A program made the position numbers and the translations under genes. DNA of 64,000 nt. Origin: Nanobdellota archaeon. Its GTDB lineage: Archaea; Aenigmatarchaeota; Aenigmatarchaeia; Aenigmatarchaeales; Aenigmatarchaeaceae. Numbering within the stretch: position 1 is the first letter of the stretch; each line of letters begins with the position of its first letter. Where the stretch lies: assembly GCA_018901755.1 (NCBI GenBank), contig JAHIDZ010000001.1, positions 10,454 through 74,453 of the forward strand, given 5' to 3'. The notes beneath the pieces were generated by a model. The model did not search any database, was not told the origin of the DNA, and was given only the letters and a program-made list of their open reading frames with translations. This document shows positions 27,256 to 37,309 of the stretch, piece after piece.

Positions 27256-28230
27256 ATGGCTAAGTACATATCAGCATGCATCTTAGGCGTATTCGTTATA
27301 GAAGATGATGTTATTATAGATAAAGTGTTATTCAAAAAAGACGCAGAAGAAATAGCTAAAAAATTAGTTGATATCGAAAATACTGAAGAATTCGCTAAAA
27401 TGAAGAAAAAGTATGGCGGAGAATATAGACCATCTGATTTCTTAACTAATAATATTGCAAAGATTGCAGCTGAAACTAGATTTGTAAGAGATAGAGCAGA
27501 GTTAAATGAACTTATGTCTAAAATTAGCGTTGCTCAGACAAAGACAAAAATATCTAAATTGGAAAGAAGAGATAAATTGATTATTCAAACAGTTTCTGCA
27601 TTAAATGATTTGGATAGGATTCTTAATTATATGTCCGAGCGTTTAAGAGAATGGTACGGATTGCACTATCCAGAGATTAGAGCTAAAGATTATGAAAAAT
27701 TTGCAGACGAGTTAGCTAACTGTGGACGAAGAGAGAATTTCAAAGATTTTACAACTTCAATGGGTATGGAATTAACTGATGATGATGTTAAGTTATTACA
27801 AAATTATGCACGGCAAACTAAGCAAATGTATGAACTGAAAAAACATATAGTTAATTATCTTGAACGAGCAGTTCCAATTGAAGTGCCAAATATCAATGCT
27901 CTTTTAGGAAGTATACTTGCAGCAAGATTACTTGCTAATGCTGGTTCACTTGAAAAGTTAGCAAAGATGCCTTCAAGCAAGATACAATTAATTGGCGCAG
28001 AGAAAGCATTGTTCAAATATCTTAAAGGACAGCAATCATCATCTCCTCGTTTTGGTATAATTTTTACTCATCCAGCAGTAAGTTCAGCGGCTAAAGAAAA
28101 TCAGGGAAAAATAGCAAGACTATTATCATCTAAGTTAACATTGGCTGCAAAATGTGACTTCTATACTAAACGAGATATATCTAAAGAATTAAAGAAAGAT
28201 TTTGAGGACAAAGTAAAAGAGGTTGTCTAA
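27256..28230 (+). CDS. nop5: C/D box sRNP protein Nop5
   Basis: RLREWYGLHYPE, LAKMPSSKIQLIGAEKALF. Confidence 0.95.
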   Translation: MAKYISACILGVFVIEDDVIIDKVLFKKDAEEIAKKLVDIENTEEFAKMKKKYGGEYRPSDFLTNNIAKIAAETRFVRDRAELNELMSKISVAQTKTKISKLERRDKLIIQTVSALNDLDRILNYMSERLREWYGLHYPEIRAKDYEKFADELANCGRRENFKDFTTSMGMELTDDDVKLLQNYARQTKQMYELKKHIVNYLERAVPIEVPNINALLGSILAARLLANAGSLEKLAKMPSSKIQLIGAEKALFKYLKGQQSSSPRFGIIFTHPAVSSAAKENQGKIARLLSSKLTLAAKCDFYTKRDISKELKKDFEDKVKEVV

Positions 28231-29114
28231 TGTTTAAGCTAAGAATCACTCCGGAATTTTCCGAGTGGTTTGGTGCATGGATCGGTGACGGTGACCATTC
28301 TAGTATAAGACGATTGGCACTTTCAAACCAAGTAGTAGAATTATTGCATCTTCATATTAAGATTCTGACAGAATATTTTAACTTTCCTAGAGAAAGAATA
28401 CTCGCAGAAGTTACGACAAGTAGTTTGGATGATAATCAAATTATAAGAGATCGATGGTCTAAATTACTTTTATTACCGCTTCAAAATATCAGGACTATAA
28501 ACAGAAACCCAATCGCCAGAAAAGAATGCGCGAGAGTAATGGCAAATAACGTTGAAATAACTAAATTTGTTAGAAACAATATATCTACAATAAGAAAAAG
28601 AATACTAAATTCTAATAATGAAATCATGTGTGCATATTTAATGGGAATATTTGCGGCAGAAGGAAATGTTAGAACCGAAAAGCACCAAAAGCATGTTAGA
28701 TTAGGTATGAAAACAATTGAAGATATAGATTTCGCAAAGCTTTTACTTGAGAAGATTGGAATAGAAACTAAATTGGCGATTAATACCAGTAATGACTGTT
28801 ATGAACTTTCAATTTTCGGATATGAAAACTTATTGAAGTTTAGAGATTTCGGCGGATTTGGAAAGCATGAGTCAAAAAATATTATCCTAAACAGACAGCT
28901 TTCTACATATGGAAAGTTTCCTTGGTCTTATAGATACCAATGTCTTGAAGCAGTTCTAAGAAATGTCAATACAATTACAAATTATGACGCAGTTAATATA
29001 TTTGATATGAATTATCATAATGCAAAGTTGATGTTATCTAGATTCAGCAAACAGGGTAAGTTAAGTGTTGATAAAACAAATAAAACTTATACCTATAAAT
29101 TAAAGGAGATTTGA
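28230..29114 (+). CDS. Free-standing two-motif LAGLIDADG endonuclease-like protein with C-terminal wHTH-like region
   Basis: WFGAWIGDG and AYLMGIFAAEG motifs. Confidence 0.85.
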   Translation: MFKLRITPEFSEWFGAWIGDGDHSSIRRLALSNQVVELLHLHIKILTEYFNFPRERILAEVTTSSLDDNQIIRDRWSKLLLLPLQNIRTINRNPIARKECARVMANNVEITKFVRNNISTIRKRILNSNNEIMCAYLMGIFAAEGNVRTEKHQKHVRLGMKTIEDIDFAKLLLEKIGIETKLAINTSNDCYELSIFGYENLLKFRDFGGFGKHESKNIILNRQLSTYGKFPWSYRYQCLEAVLRNVNTITNYDAVNIFDMNYHNAKLMLSRFSKQGKLSVDKTNKTYTYKLKEI

Positions 29115-29899
29115 TGTCTGATCAACAGATTAAAAAAGAATTAATTATCATTGCAAAAGATATTGCTAATAAATTAAGAAGACTACCGGAAATAAAAGCG
29201 ATTGCCATTTATGGCGGAGTAGCAGAAGGTTATGCAGACAATTATTCTGATATCGATATAATTTGTTATTGTACTAAAACACCAAGTATTCGAAAAAGAA
29301 AAGAAGTTCTAGGTGTCATAGATATTAGACAACTTCCGGGTCATCCAGACACCGACGAGTTTCAATATAAGAACAAATATCCTAACATATTTTATTGTGA
29401 ATATGTTCCATGGCTTGGAAGATTAATTGAAGATGCGTGTCGAAGTAGAAAATTGCACGATTCGTTTCTTATTAGTCATCTTCTTAATACGGTATCTCTA
29501 TACGATCCAAATAAACTTTTAACTGGATGGAAATCTAAACTTCAACCGATTCTAAAAACACACTTATCATCTATCAAAGAGGGTTCATTTTCAAAATTAA
29601 AACATGAGTTATTGCAAATTGATATTTCAATTAAAAGAAAAAATATGATTCATATAAATCAAGAAATTTCAAAGATGATAGATTTATTTTTAATAGCTTT
29701 ATATGCTTTGAATAATCAGCCATTCATGAGTTCCAAATGGAGTAAAGAAAGGATAAAAGTTTTTAAAATGAAACCAAAGAATTGTGTAAAGCATTTAGAG
29801 CAAATATCTTTACTTGGAAACAATACTAAAGATTTAAATAAAAAATTAAAATTATTAAAGAGTCTTATAAAAGACACGGACCCACTAATAACTAGGTAA
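29111..29899 (+). CDS. Nucleotidyltransferase domain protein (DUF4037-like)
   Basis: IYGGVAEGYADNYSDID; YALN....SSKW. Confidence 0.8.
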   Translation: MMSDQQIKKELIIIAKDIANKLRRLPEIKAIAIYGGVAEGYADNYSDIDIICYCTKTPSIRKRKEVLGVIDIRQLPGHPDTDEFQYKNKYPNIFYCEYVPWLGRLIEDACRSRKLHDSFLISHLLNTVSLYDPNKLLTGWKSKLQPILKTHLSSIKEGSFSKLKHELLQIDISIKRKNMIHINQEISKMIDLFLIALYALNNQPFMSSKWSKERIKVFKMKPKNCVKHLEQISLLGNNTKDLNKKLKLLKSLIKDTDPLITR

Positions 29900-29904
29900 A
29901 TGAT

Positions 29905-30567
29905 ATGAAAGAAATATTTCAAGGAATTTATAATATAAATCAAAAGATTGCAACATTAAATTCTGCTCCAGGAACAAAACCATTCAATGAGATTCTTGTC
30001 ACTATCGATGGTAAAGAATATAGACAGTGGGATCCGAATAGATCAAAAGCATCAGCAGCAATCGCTAAAGGAATTAAGCAATTTCCAATCGGAGAGGGCT
30101 GTGTTATACTTTATCTTGGTATTGCTCATGGGTTTACAGCTAGTTACTTCTCAGATATAATCGGCCCAAATGGCGTGATTTATGGTGTTGAGTTTTCAGA
30201 TCGTTGTTTCAACGAATTATTGAGTATAGTTTCCAGCAGAAGAAATATAATTCCTATTCTAGCTGACGCAAGAAAGCCAGAAGATTTTGTAGAAAAAGTA
30301 ATAGAGAAGGTTGACGTTGTTTATGTAGACATTGCTCAGCCAGATGCTACTGAGGTAGCGATAAGAAACTGTAAAAAATTCTTAAAACCACGAGGTTATT
30401 TAATGTTTACAATTAAGACACAATCAGTCGACGTAACTCAGTCTGTTAAATTGACAGTTAAACTTGAAATAGAAAAGATAGCTCAGGCCGGTTTTGAGAT
30501 AATTGACTGGAAGATGCTTGATCCGTTTGAAGAATGCCACGGATTTGTTTTAGCTAGATTGAAGTAA
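29905..30567 (+). CDS. flpA: Fibrillarin-like rRNA/tRNA 2'-O-methyltransferase
   Basis: YRQWDPNRSK, LYLG, NIIPILADARKP, DIAQPD. Confidence 0.95.
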   Translation: MKEIFQGIYNINQKIATLNSAPGTKPFNEILVTIDGKEYRQWDPNRSKASAAIAKGIKQFPIGEGCVILYLGIAHGFTASYFSDIIGPNGVIYGVEFSDRCFNELLSIVSSRRNIIPILADARKPEDFVEKVIEKVDVVYVDIAQPDATEVAIRNCKKFLKPRGYLMFTIKTQSVDVTQSVKLTVKLEIEKIAQAGFEIIDWKMLDPFEECHGFVLARLK

Positions 30568-31476
30568 TTTCAAAACTTTTTCTTTAAATATAATAAAATC
30601 TTTAACATGCGCCCCGCCAGCTTTAACATGTCCACCACCTACTCCAATTCCTTCAGCGGCTTTTTTGAAAGTAGCGCCAACATCAAATTTGGTCGATCGT
30701 CCACTGACGCGATACCAATCATCTTTCTCGCGATAAATTATAATTGTCTTATCTGGATATTTTTCAAATAGCGCGTTCGATAGAACAGAGATAATACCAT
30801 AGCGGCTTTTTATTTCATGGAAGTTTACCTCCTTCACACCGTGCATTTCAAATCTGATTACTTCATTTTCAATTTCTTTTCTTAATCGATCCATATAATC
30901 TCGATATTCGCTGTAAACAAAGTCCTCAACATTGTAACATCCTAGCATAAATCTAACAAGCTCTGGAAGTTTCTTAGCTTTCTTGAAAGTCTTGAAACCT
31001 TCAATCATCATTACTGCGTCTTTTTCGTTCTTCGTTCCTTTTAGTGCGGCATCACCAACTGCTCCAACTCGCATAATCCAATCAGTATCTTCTACACCAA
31101 GTTTAGTAACTATTTTATGAACAACCTGTGAGCAAGAAATATATTTATTTGGTTCTTTGAATCTAGGATTAATATGAACGAAACCAATTTTGTTTAAATC
31201 GTTTGCAATCGGATGGTGATCTATTACCATAACATCTTTTCCCTTAAGTCTTTCAAACCATTCTAGATATTGATCAACTGGATAATCAACAAATATTATT
31301 CTATCAAAATCATTTCCTAAATTTTTAAACACATCGTCACTTACGTCACCAGACATAAGCTCAGTGTCTTTGATGTATTTCATCATCATTGCTGCTGAGG
31401 CACATCCATCGGTGTCATTGTGAAAGAATATGACAGTTTTGCCAGAGGTGTTCTCTAAGAACTCTTCAGCTCTCAT
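30550..31476 (-). CDS. DHH/DHHA1 family phosphoesterase (RecJ-like)
   Basis: HNDTDG, IDHH, GGGHVKAGG. Confidence 0.9.
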   Translation of the reverse strand: MRAEEFLENTSGKTVIFFHNDTDGCASAAMMMKYIKDTELMSGDVSDDVFKNLGNDFDRIIFVDYPVDQYLEWFERLKGKDVMVIDHHPIANDLNKIGFVHINPRFKEPNKYISCSQVVHKIVTKLGVEDTDWIMRVGAVGDAALKGTKNEKDAVMMIEGFKTFKKAKKLPELVRFMLGCYNVEDFVYSEYRDYMDRLRKEIENEVIRFEMHGVKEVNFHEIKSRYGIISVLSNALFEKYPDKTIIIYREKDDWYRVSGRSTKFDVGATFKKAAEGIGVGGGHVKAGGAHVKDFIIFKEKVLKLLQSS

Positions 31477-34415
31477 TTGCTTACACCAAATTCATATTTT
31501 TCTCCTTCAAATTCAAATGAATATTTTTCGCCTTTAATTGTACCAAATGTTATTGTACTTCCAGTGCTTTCTTTAATCATTTTTTCAGAACTTTTAAATT
31601 CATTTGGTAAATATAATTTTACTTTATCACCGACATTAAGTCCGAGTTTCTTTCTAGCGTCTTGTACAGCTCGTATTAACTCACGAAGTAACCATTCTTT
31701 TTTTAGCGCTTCCGTTACAGTCGTGTCTAGAATAATCCGTCCACCGTCAAATTCTTTACCTTTACCTTTTTCAGCCGTAAATATTAAATCATCTTTTGTT
31801 AATGTGAATCCAGCAACCTTTCTAATCTTTTCTTTTAATTTAGTTGCATCTTCTTTTACCAATGCGTCGGCTATTTGTTTAATATCTTTTCCAAACTTCT
31901 TTCCAGCTACAGCATAATTTAGTTTAACAGAATATTGTTCTTTTTTAGTTGAAAATTCGACGTCTTTAACATTTGCAGATTTCTTAACTAATTCTTTCAT
32001 ATCTTTAATTGTTTTCTTAACTTCATCATTTCCAGAAACAATTAGTTTAGGTAAGACATATTTTAATTTGATATTCTTTTCCTGTCTGTCAAAGTTAGAA
32101 GCTTCAACTATATTTTTAACAATCTTCATTTGTTTTTCTAATTTAGTATCTACCATTTTATTATCACATGCAGGCCAGTCTTCTAGATGTACAGATTCTT
32201 TTGATTTGAAGAATTTCTGATAAATATATTCCGTAGCAAACGGACAAACTGGAGCTAAAACTTTTGTTAATTTTTCTAAAACGTAATATAATACGCCACC
32301 TACTTCATCTGTTCTATTTCTAATATATTTGATGTATGATCTGCTTAGATCGTTTAAAATAAAATCATCAATAAGAGATAGGGCTTCATTATGTTTCATT
32401 TCCTTTACTTTTTTATCAAATTCTGGTATGATACTATTTACTCTAGATAATATCCATTTGTCTTCAACTGTTAGTTTTTTTATTGGTGTTTTCTTGCAAT
32501 ATGTTTCCATGAAATTAACTACATTCATTAATGTAGTAAGTGTACGAGATTCTGTCGCGATTTTATCCCAATCAAAGTTGAAATCCATAGTTGTATCTTC
32601 AATTAAGTAAAAGAATCTTAAAACATCAAGACCGTATTTTTCTGAAAATTCTGATGGACTTATTCCACCTTTAGATTTTGACAGTTTGTTTTTACTGTGC
32701 GCATCTAATACAAATCCATGCATTAATACATTCGTAAATGGTTTTTTATCAAAAGTAATGATACTTGCAATTATCTGAGAATTCCACCATCCTCTGAATT
32801 GGTCAGATCCCTCCATTATTAAATCAGCTGGCCACATTTCTTTGAATAGTTTCTTATCTTTAGGATATCCTATTGATGCCCATGAGCAAACACCAGAATC
32901 AAACCAAACGTCAAGTATATCTGGTATTCTTTTCATCATTGCGCCGCATTTACATTTTAATTCAATTTTGTCAATATACGGTCTGTGGATATCTGGAATT
33001 TTCTGAGGAAGTTCATCTGTCGAACCCAAAACTTTAATCTCATTACATTTATCACATGTCCATATTGGTAATGGTATTCCCCAATAACGTTGTCTAGATA
33101 TTGGCCAGTCATCTAAAGATTGTAACCAGTTGTCAAATCTTTTTCCAGCCCAATCAGGACTCCATGTTACAGTATTATTTTCTTTAATTAATTTGTCACG
33201 GATCGCACTAATTTTGAAAAACCATTGCGGAACTGAAACAAATAGTAAAGGCGATTCGCATCTCCAGCAGTGTGGATATTCGTGTTCAATCTTTTCCGAA
33301 TATACAAAAAGATTTTTATCTTGTAAATCTTCTATGACTATCTGATCTGCATCTTTAACAAATATTCCTTTATACTTTCCGGTTTCTTCTTTATATCTTC
33401 CTTCCATATTTACTGGAGATAAAACAGATAATCCAGCCTCTCGTCCAGCTTTATAATCTTCTAGACCGTGCCCAGGTGCAGTATGAACCAATCCAGTACC
33501 AGTCTCTAATGTTACAAACTGAGCCGAGTTAATTACTTTAGGTTTAACATTTTTCTGAAGAGGAAGTTCGCTAAAAGGACATTCGTATCTTAAATCTTTC
33601 AGGTCAGAACCTTTAACAGTTTTAATTATTTTATAATCTTTACCAATCTTTTTCATAAGAGTGTCAGTAAGTTCTTTAGCCATAATCCAAGTTTCACCAT
33701 CAACATTGACATAAGCATAATCAAATTTAGGATTAACCATTACACCGGTATTGGCTAAAAGCGTCCACGGAGTCGTGGACCATATAATTAGATATTCGTT
33801 GTCTTTAATTTTGAATTTAACATAAATTGAAGTATCAGACACGTTCTTGTGTTCTATTTCATTATATGCGACAGCTGTCTCACATTTTGGACAAATATGA
33901 ATCGGATAAATACCTTTGTATAATAAACCTTTCTCATAGGCAACCTTGAAAGTATACCAGGCACCATTCATGTATTCTTGATCTAAAGTTAGATAAGGGT
34001 GTTTCCAATCCATCCACACGCCAAGTTTGTTAAATTCATCACCCATTACTCCTACATATTTAGTTGCATATTCTGAGCATTTTTTAATGAATTTTTCAAT
34101 ACCAATTTCTTCAATTTCTTGTTTCGTTTTAAGATTAAGTTCTTTTTGAACTTTATTTTCTATAGGCATTCCATGACAATCATAACCAGGTTGACACCAT
34201 ACATTAAATCCGTTCATTCTGTAGTATCGAATGTAAAAATCTTTTAGAATTTTATTTAGCGCAGTTCCTACGTGTATAGATCCTGACGCATAAGGCGGTC
34301 CATCTAGGAAAAAGAACCTTTTCTTACCTTCTCTGGATTTTAAAGTCTTTTCAGGTATATTCTTATCTTTCCACAGTTTACTTACTTCTTTGTCTACTTC
34401 TCTTAGGTCTATCAT
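31473..34415 (-). CDS. ileS: Isoleucine--tRNA ligase
   Basis: DGPPYASGSIHVG, TTPWTL, GTGLVHTAPGHG, ISRQRYWGIP, KLSKS. Confidence 0.97.
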   Translation of the reverse strand: MIDLREVDKEVSKLWKDKNIPEKTLKSREGKKRFFFLDGPPYASGSIHVGTALNKILKDFYIRYYRMNGFNVWCQPGYDCHGMPIENKVQKELNLKTKQEIEEIGIEKFIKKCSEYATKYVGVMGDEFNKLGVWMDWKHPYLTLDQEYMNGAWYTFKVAYEKGLLYKGIYPIHICPKCETAVAYNEIEHKNVSDTSIYVKFKIKDNEYLIIWSTTPWTLLANTGVMVNPKFDYAYVNVDGETWIMAKELTDTLMKKIGKDYKIIKTVKGSDLKDLRYECPFSELPLQKNVKPKVINSAQFVTLETGTGLVHTAPGHGLEDYKAGREAGLSVLSPVNMEGRYKEETGKYKGIFVKDADQIVIEDLQDKNLFVYSEKIEHEYPHCWRCESPLLFVSVPQWFFKISAIRDKLIKENNTVTWSPDWAGKRFDNWLQSLDDWPISRQRYWGIPLPIWTCDKCNEIKVLGSTDELPQKIPDIHRPYIDKIELKCKCGAMMKRIPDILDVWFDSGVCSWASIGYPKDKKLFKEMWPADLIMEGSDQFRGWWNSQIIASIITFDKKPFTNVLMHGFVLDAHSKNKLSKSKGGISPSEFSEKYGLDVLRFFYLIEDTTMDFNFDWDKIATESRTLTTLMNVVNFMETYCKKTPIKKLTVEDKWILSRVNSIIPEFDKKVKEMKHNEALSLIDDFILNDLSRSYIKYIRNRTDEVGGVLYYVLEKLTKVLAPVCPFATEYIYQKFFKSKESVHLEDWPACDNKMVDTKLEKQMKIVKNIVEASNFDRQEKNIKLKYVLPKLIVSGNDEVKKTIKDMKELVKKSANVKDVEFSTKKEQYSVKLNYAVAGKKFGKDIKQIADALVKEDATKLKEKIRKVAGFTLTKDDLIFTAEKGKGKEFDGGRIILDTTVTEALKKEWLLRELIRAVQDARKKLGLNVGDKVKLYLPNEFKSSEKMIKESTGSTITFGTIKGEKYSFEFEGEKYEFGVSK

Positions 34416-34468
34416 AAAATCACTATTACAAACCTAAATTTATATAGATTATGCTTTAGATAATAGTT

Positions 34469-34891
34469 ATGGAATGTTGTATATGTGGTAAGAAAGCTGT
34501 CACACGGGCTAATGTTGATGGTGTAGTTCTTGACGTATGTTCAGACTGTGTTAAGTTTGGTAAAGCAGCACCAAAAGTAATTATGCCCAATAAACAGAAA
34601 CAGTCGTTTCTTCCGGAAATGGAAATTAGTATAAAGTTTGATATTTCTAAGATAGTTAAAAGCGAGCGAGAAAAAATGAATTTGACAAGAGAGCAGCTTG
34701 GAATTAAGCTCGGTGAAAAAGAGTCAGTAATACGTAAAATAGAAGAAGGATGGATGCCGCCATTTAATACTGTTAATAAATTAGAAAAATTCTTTAAAGT
34801 TACGTTAAAAGAAACAACTCCAGACATTAAAATAAAAAAACACGTTAAAGAAGAATTAACCATTGGCGATATGCTAAAGATAGAAGATTAA
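34469..34891 (+). CDS. mbf1: Archaeal multiprotein bridging factor aMBF1
   Basis: N-terminal Zn ribbon plus HTH; LTIGD tail. Confidence 0.9.
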   Translation: MECCICGKKAVTRANVDGVVLDVCSDCVKFGKAAPKVIMPNKQKQSFLPEMEISIKFDISKIVKSEREKMNLTREQLGIKLGEKESVIRKIEEGWMPPFNTVNKLEKFFKVTLKETTPDIKIKKHVKEELTIGDMLKIED

Positions 34892-35097
34892 TTAAATGAA
34901 ATTAGCGTAATATCATAATGCGTGCATATATAATATGGTTTTGTTTCTTCAGTAAAATTATGAGTAGATGTCGGTGAAAACCCACCACGACCCGAATATT
35001 CGCATGAATCTCTTATATCACAATAGCTGCAAACATTTTTTCGTTCATTCTTGCTACCATGACCGAACTTAAGTTTCTTATTACGAAATTTGCCCAT
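34888..35097 (-). CDS. Small Cys-containing hypothetical protein
   Basis: CSYC...C...C; 69 aa. Confidence 0.5.
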   Translation of the reverse strand: MGKFRNKKLKFGHGSKNERKNVCSYCDIRDSCEYSGRGGFSPTSTHNFTEETKPYYICTHYDITLISFN

Positions 35098-35189
35098 ATA
35101 ATAAAATACCTAGAAAAGCTTAAATCCTTTCATATGTCAAAAATTATGCGAAAAATAATCATTTTATAGTATAACTCTTAATTATTCTT

Positions 35190-36395
35190 ATGTTTCAAGT
35201 ACCAAAAGGAACGCGCGATCTAGCGCCTAAGGAAGCTAGAAAGTATTATTTTGTAATAGATGTACTTAGAGGAGTATTTGAGAAGTATGGATTTGGCCCA
35301 TTGATTACACCTGCTTTTGAAGATTACGGACTTCTATCAGCAAAGAGTGGACCTGCAATTAAAAATGAAATATATTATTTTAAAGATAAGTCTAATCGTG
35401 AATTAGGATTAAGATTTGAATTTACTGCATCATTAGCTCGTTTCATGTCTAATAATCCAAATTTAGTTAAACCTTTCAAACGATATCAGGTAGGTACAGT
35501 ATGGCGTTATGATAATCCACAGGCTATGCGTTTTCGTGAGTTCACTCAAGCGGACGTAGATATAATTGGTTCAACGTCTGTGTTAGCTGATTTCGAAGTA
35601 TTGTCTTGTTTCTGTTCATGCATGGATGCGTTAGGTTTCAAAGATTATTATATTCGAATTAATTCACGTAAACTTTTAGAAGAAAAATTAACCATACTTG
35701 GTAAAGTGACAAATGTTAATGATGTGTTTAGAATAATTGACAAAACAGATAAGATCGGCGAGTCTGCTGTCAAAGAAGAATTAAAACGAAGAGGTTTTGA
35801 TCCAGTTAAAATAATGAAAATAGTAAAATCGTTAAAACCTGAAGGCGAGATTAAAGAATTATTAAAATATGCTAAAGATAACGGAATTGAAAAGAAACTT
35901 AAATTCGACGCATCATTAGTTCGTGGCTTAGAATATTATACTGGTTTAGTGTTTGAAGTTTATGCTGGTAAAGGATTAAGCTGTGGCGGCGGAGGACGTT
36001 ATGATAATTTAATTAAACAATTAGGCGGACCAGAATTGTCTGCTACAGGAATTTCTTTCGGAGTTGATAGATTAATCGGATTAATGAATGAATTAAAATT
36101 ATTTAAGCCGTTGGAAGAAGGCGTGTTCATAATAACTGCTAATGAAAAATTAATGGATAACACTATTGAACTTTGCAAAGATCTTCGCGCGCAAGGAATT
36201 AAATGTGATTATGATTTAATGAATAGAAAGTTTTCTAAACAATTAGAGTACGCATCGTCGATAGAAGTTCCCTATGTAATAATTGTTGGTGAAAAAGAAT
36301 TAAAACAAGGAAAAATTCTTCTGAAAGATATGAAAACAGGTAAAGAAGAATTAATTAATTCTGAAGATGTTTGTAAATTAATAACAAGTTCCTAA
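35190..36395 (+). CDS. hisS: Histidine--tRNA ligase
   Basis: PKGTRD, REFTQAD, RGLEYYTG, GGGRYD. Confidence 0.97.
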   Translation: MFQVPKGTRDLAPKEARKYYFVIDVLRGVFEKYGFGPLITPAFEDYGLLSAKSGPAIKNEIYYFKDKSNRELGLRFEFTASLARFMSNNPNLVKPFKRYQVGTVWRYDNPQAMRFREFTQADVDIIGSTSVLADFEVLSCFCSCMDALGFKDYYIRINSRKLLEEKLTILGKVTNVNDVFRIIDKTDKIGESAVKEELKRRGFDPVKIMKIVKSLKPEGEIKELLKYAKDNGIEKKLKFDASLVRGLEYYTGLVFEVYAGKGLSCGGGGRYDNLIKQLGGPELSATGISFGVDRLIGLMNELKLFKPLEEGVFIITANEKLMDNTIELCKDLRAQGIKCDYDLMNRKFSKQLEYASSIEVPYVIIVGEKELKQGKILLKDMKTGKEELINSEDVCKLITSS

Positions 36396-36938
36396 ATTAG
36401 CTACAACTGGGTCTGGATAGAATGTGCAACTATAAACTGCTTCTACTCTTCCTGTAACATATACTTTTATTCCAAATGGTTTTATTAATGTTCCTTCTTT
36501 CTTCATAATCGTTTCTGGTACAGCTACTTTGGTTGTAAACCCACCATTAGCATCTGTTCTAAACATACCACTTTTATAATTTCCATTAGCAACATTTACG
36601 ACTAATTTAGCTTCTGAATCAGCCACAACTCCACCAGTATCATAATAAACAGTTCCGCTTACAGTAACATAATGAGGCACTTCAAACAGTCCAGTGCAAA
36701 ATATCCCTAAACATAATTTATAGTTAGTTGTATCTGTTTTATCTAAAAAAGATTTTATAATAGGTTGCATTAGTGCAAAATGCATAGTATAAGGAGTTTC
36801 TGTATAAATTCCTGTTATGCTTTTTCCACCGTTAGATATAATTGCATTTATTTTGTAATTTGGACCGCTCATTACAAAAGCAAAAGAACTCATAGAAAAT
36901 ATTATAATTAAAAGCAACGCTATTGCTACTAACTTCAT
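36378..36938 (-). CDS. Secreted hypothetical protein
   Basis: Signal peptide; beta-rich; in operon with the adhesin. Confidence 0.75.
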   Translation of the reverse strand: MKLVAIALLLIIIFSMSSFAFVMSGPNYKINAIISNGGKSITGIYTETPYTMHFALMQPIIKSFLDKTDTTNYKLCLGIFCTGLFEVPHYVTVSGTVYYDTGGVVADSEAKLVVNVANGNYKSGMFRTDANGGFTTKVAVPETIMKKEGTLIKPFGIKVYVTGRVEAVYSCTFYPDPVVANLGTCY

Positions 36939-37309
36939 TGACTCACGTCCGCAACCAATTCAAATGATTTAAGTATTTTTCCTTCACTGTCGTCGTAAAG
37001 GACTAAATAATTTTTTTCTCCCTGTATCTGAGCGCGATATATTCCTTTATTTATGTTACTATATACTTCTGGATACTGCGCTGCTAATTCTGTAACTTGT
37101 CCGATTGTTAGATATTCCATTGAAACATCGTATCCTTGTTTGAATTCTTGCATTTCTTCTAAAGCCATCAAACGATCTAATGGAGTCTCGGTATATAGTT
37201 TATTTATTATCATTTGATTTTGAGCGATGACAATAATAAAACCTATTACAATTATTGCTATCATCGCCTGATTAATTATTTTTTGATTCATAATTATCAT
37301 TTTACACAA
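36935..37309 (-). CDS. Membrane-anchored hypothetical protein
   Basis: N-terminal TM helix. Confidence 0.7.
   Translation of the reverse strand: MCKMIIMNQKIINQAMIAIIVIGFIIVIAQNQMIINKLYTETPLDRLMALEEMQEFKQGYDVSMEYLTIGQVTELAAQYPEVYSNINKGIYRAQIQGEKNYLVLYDDSEGKILKSFELVADVSQ

Noticed and set aside
28230-29114. Intein or intron within nop5
   Set aside because: nop5 ends with its own stop; the LAGLIDADG ORF has its own ATG and lacks intein C/S...HN termini.
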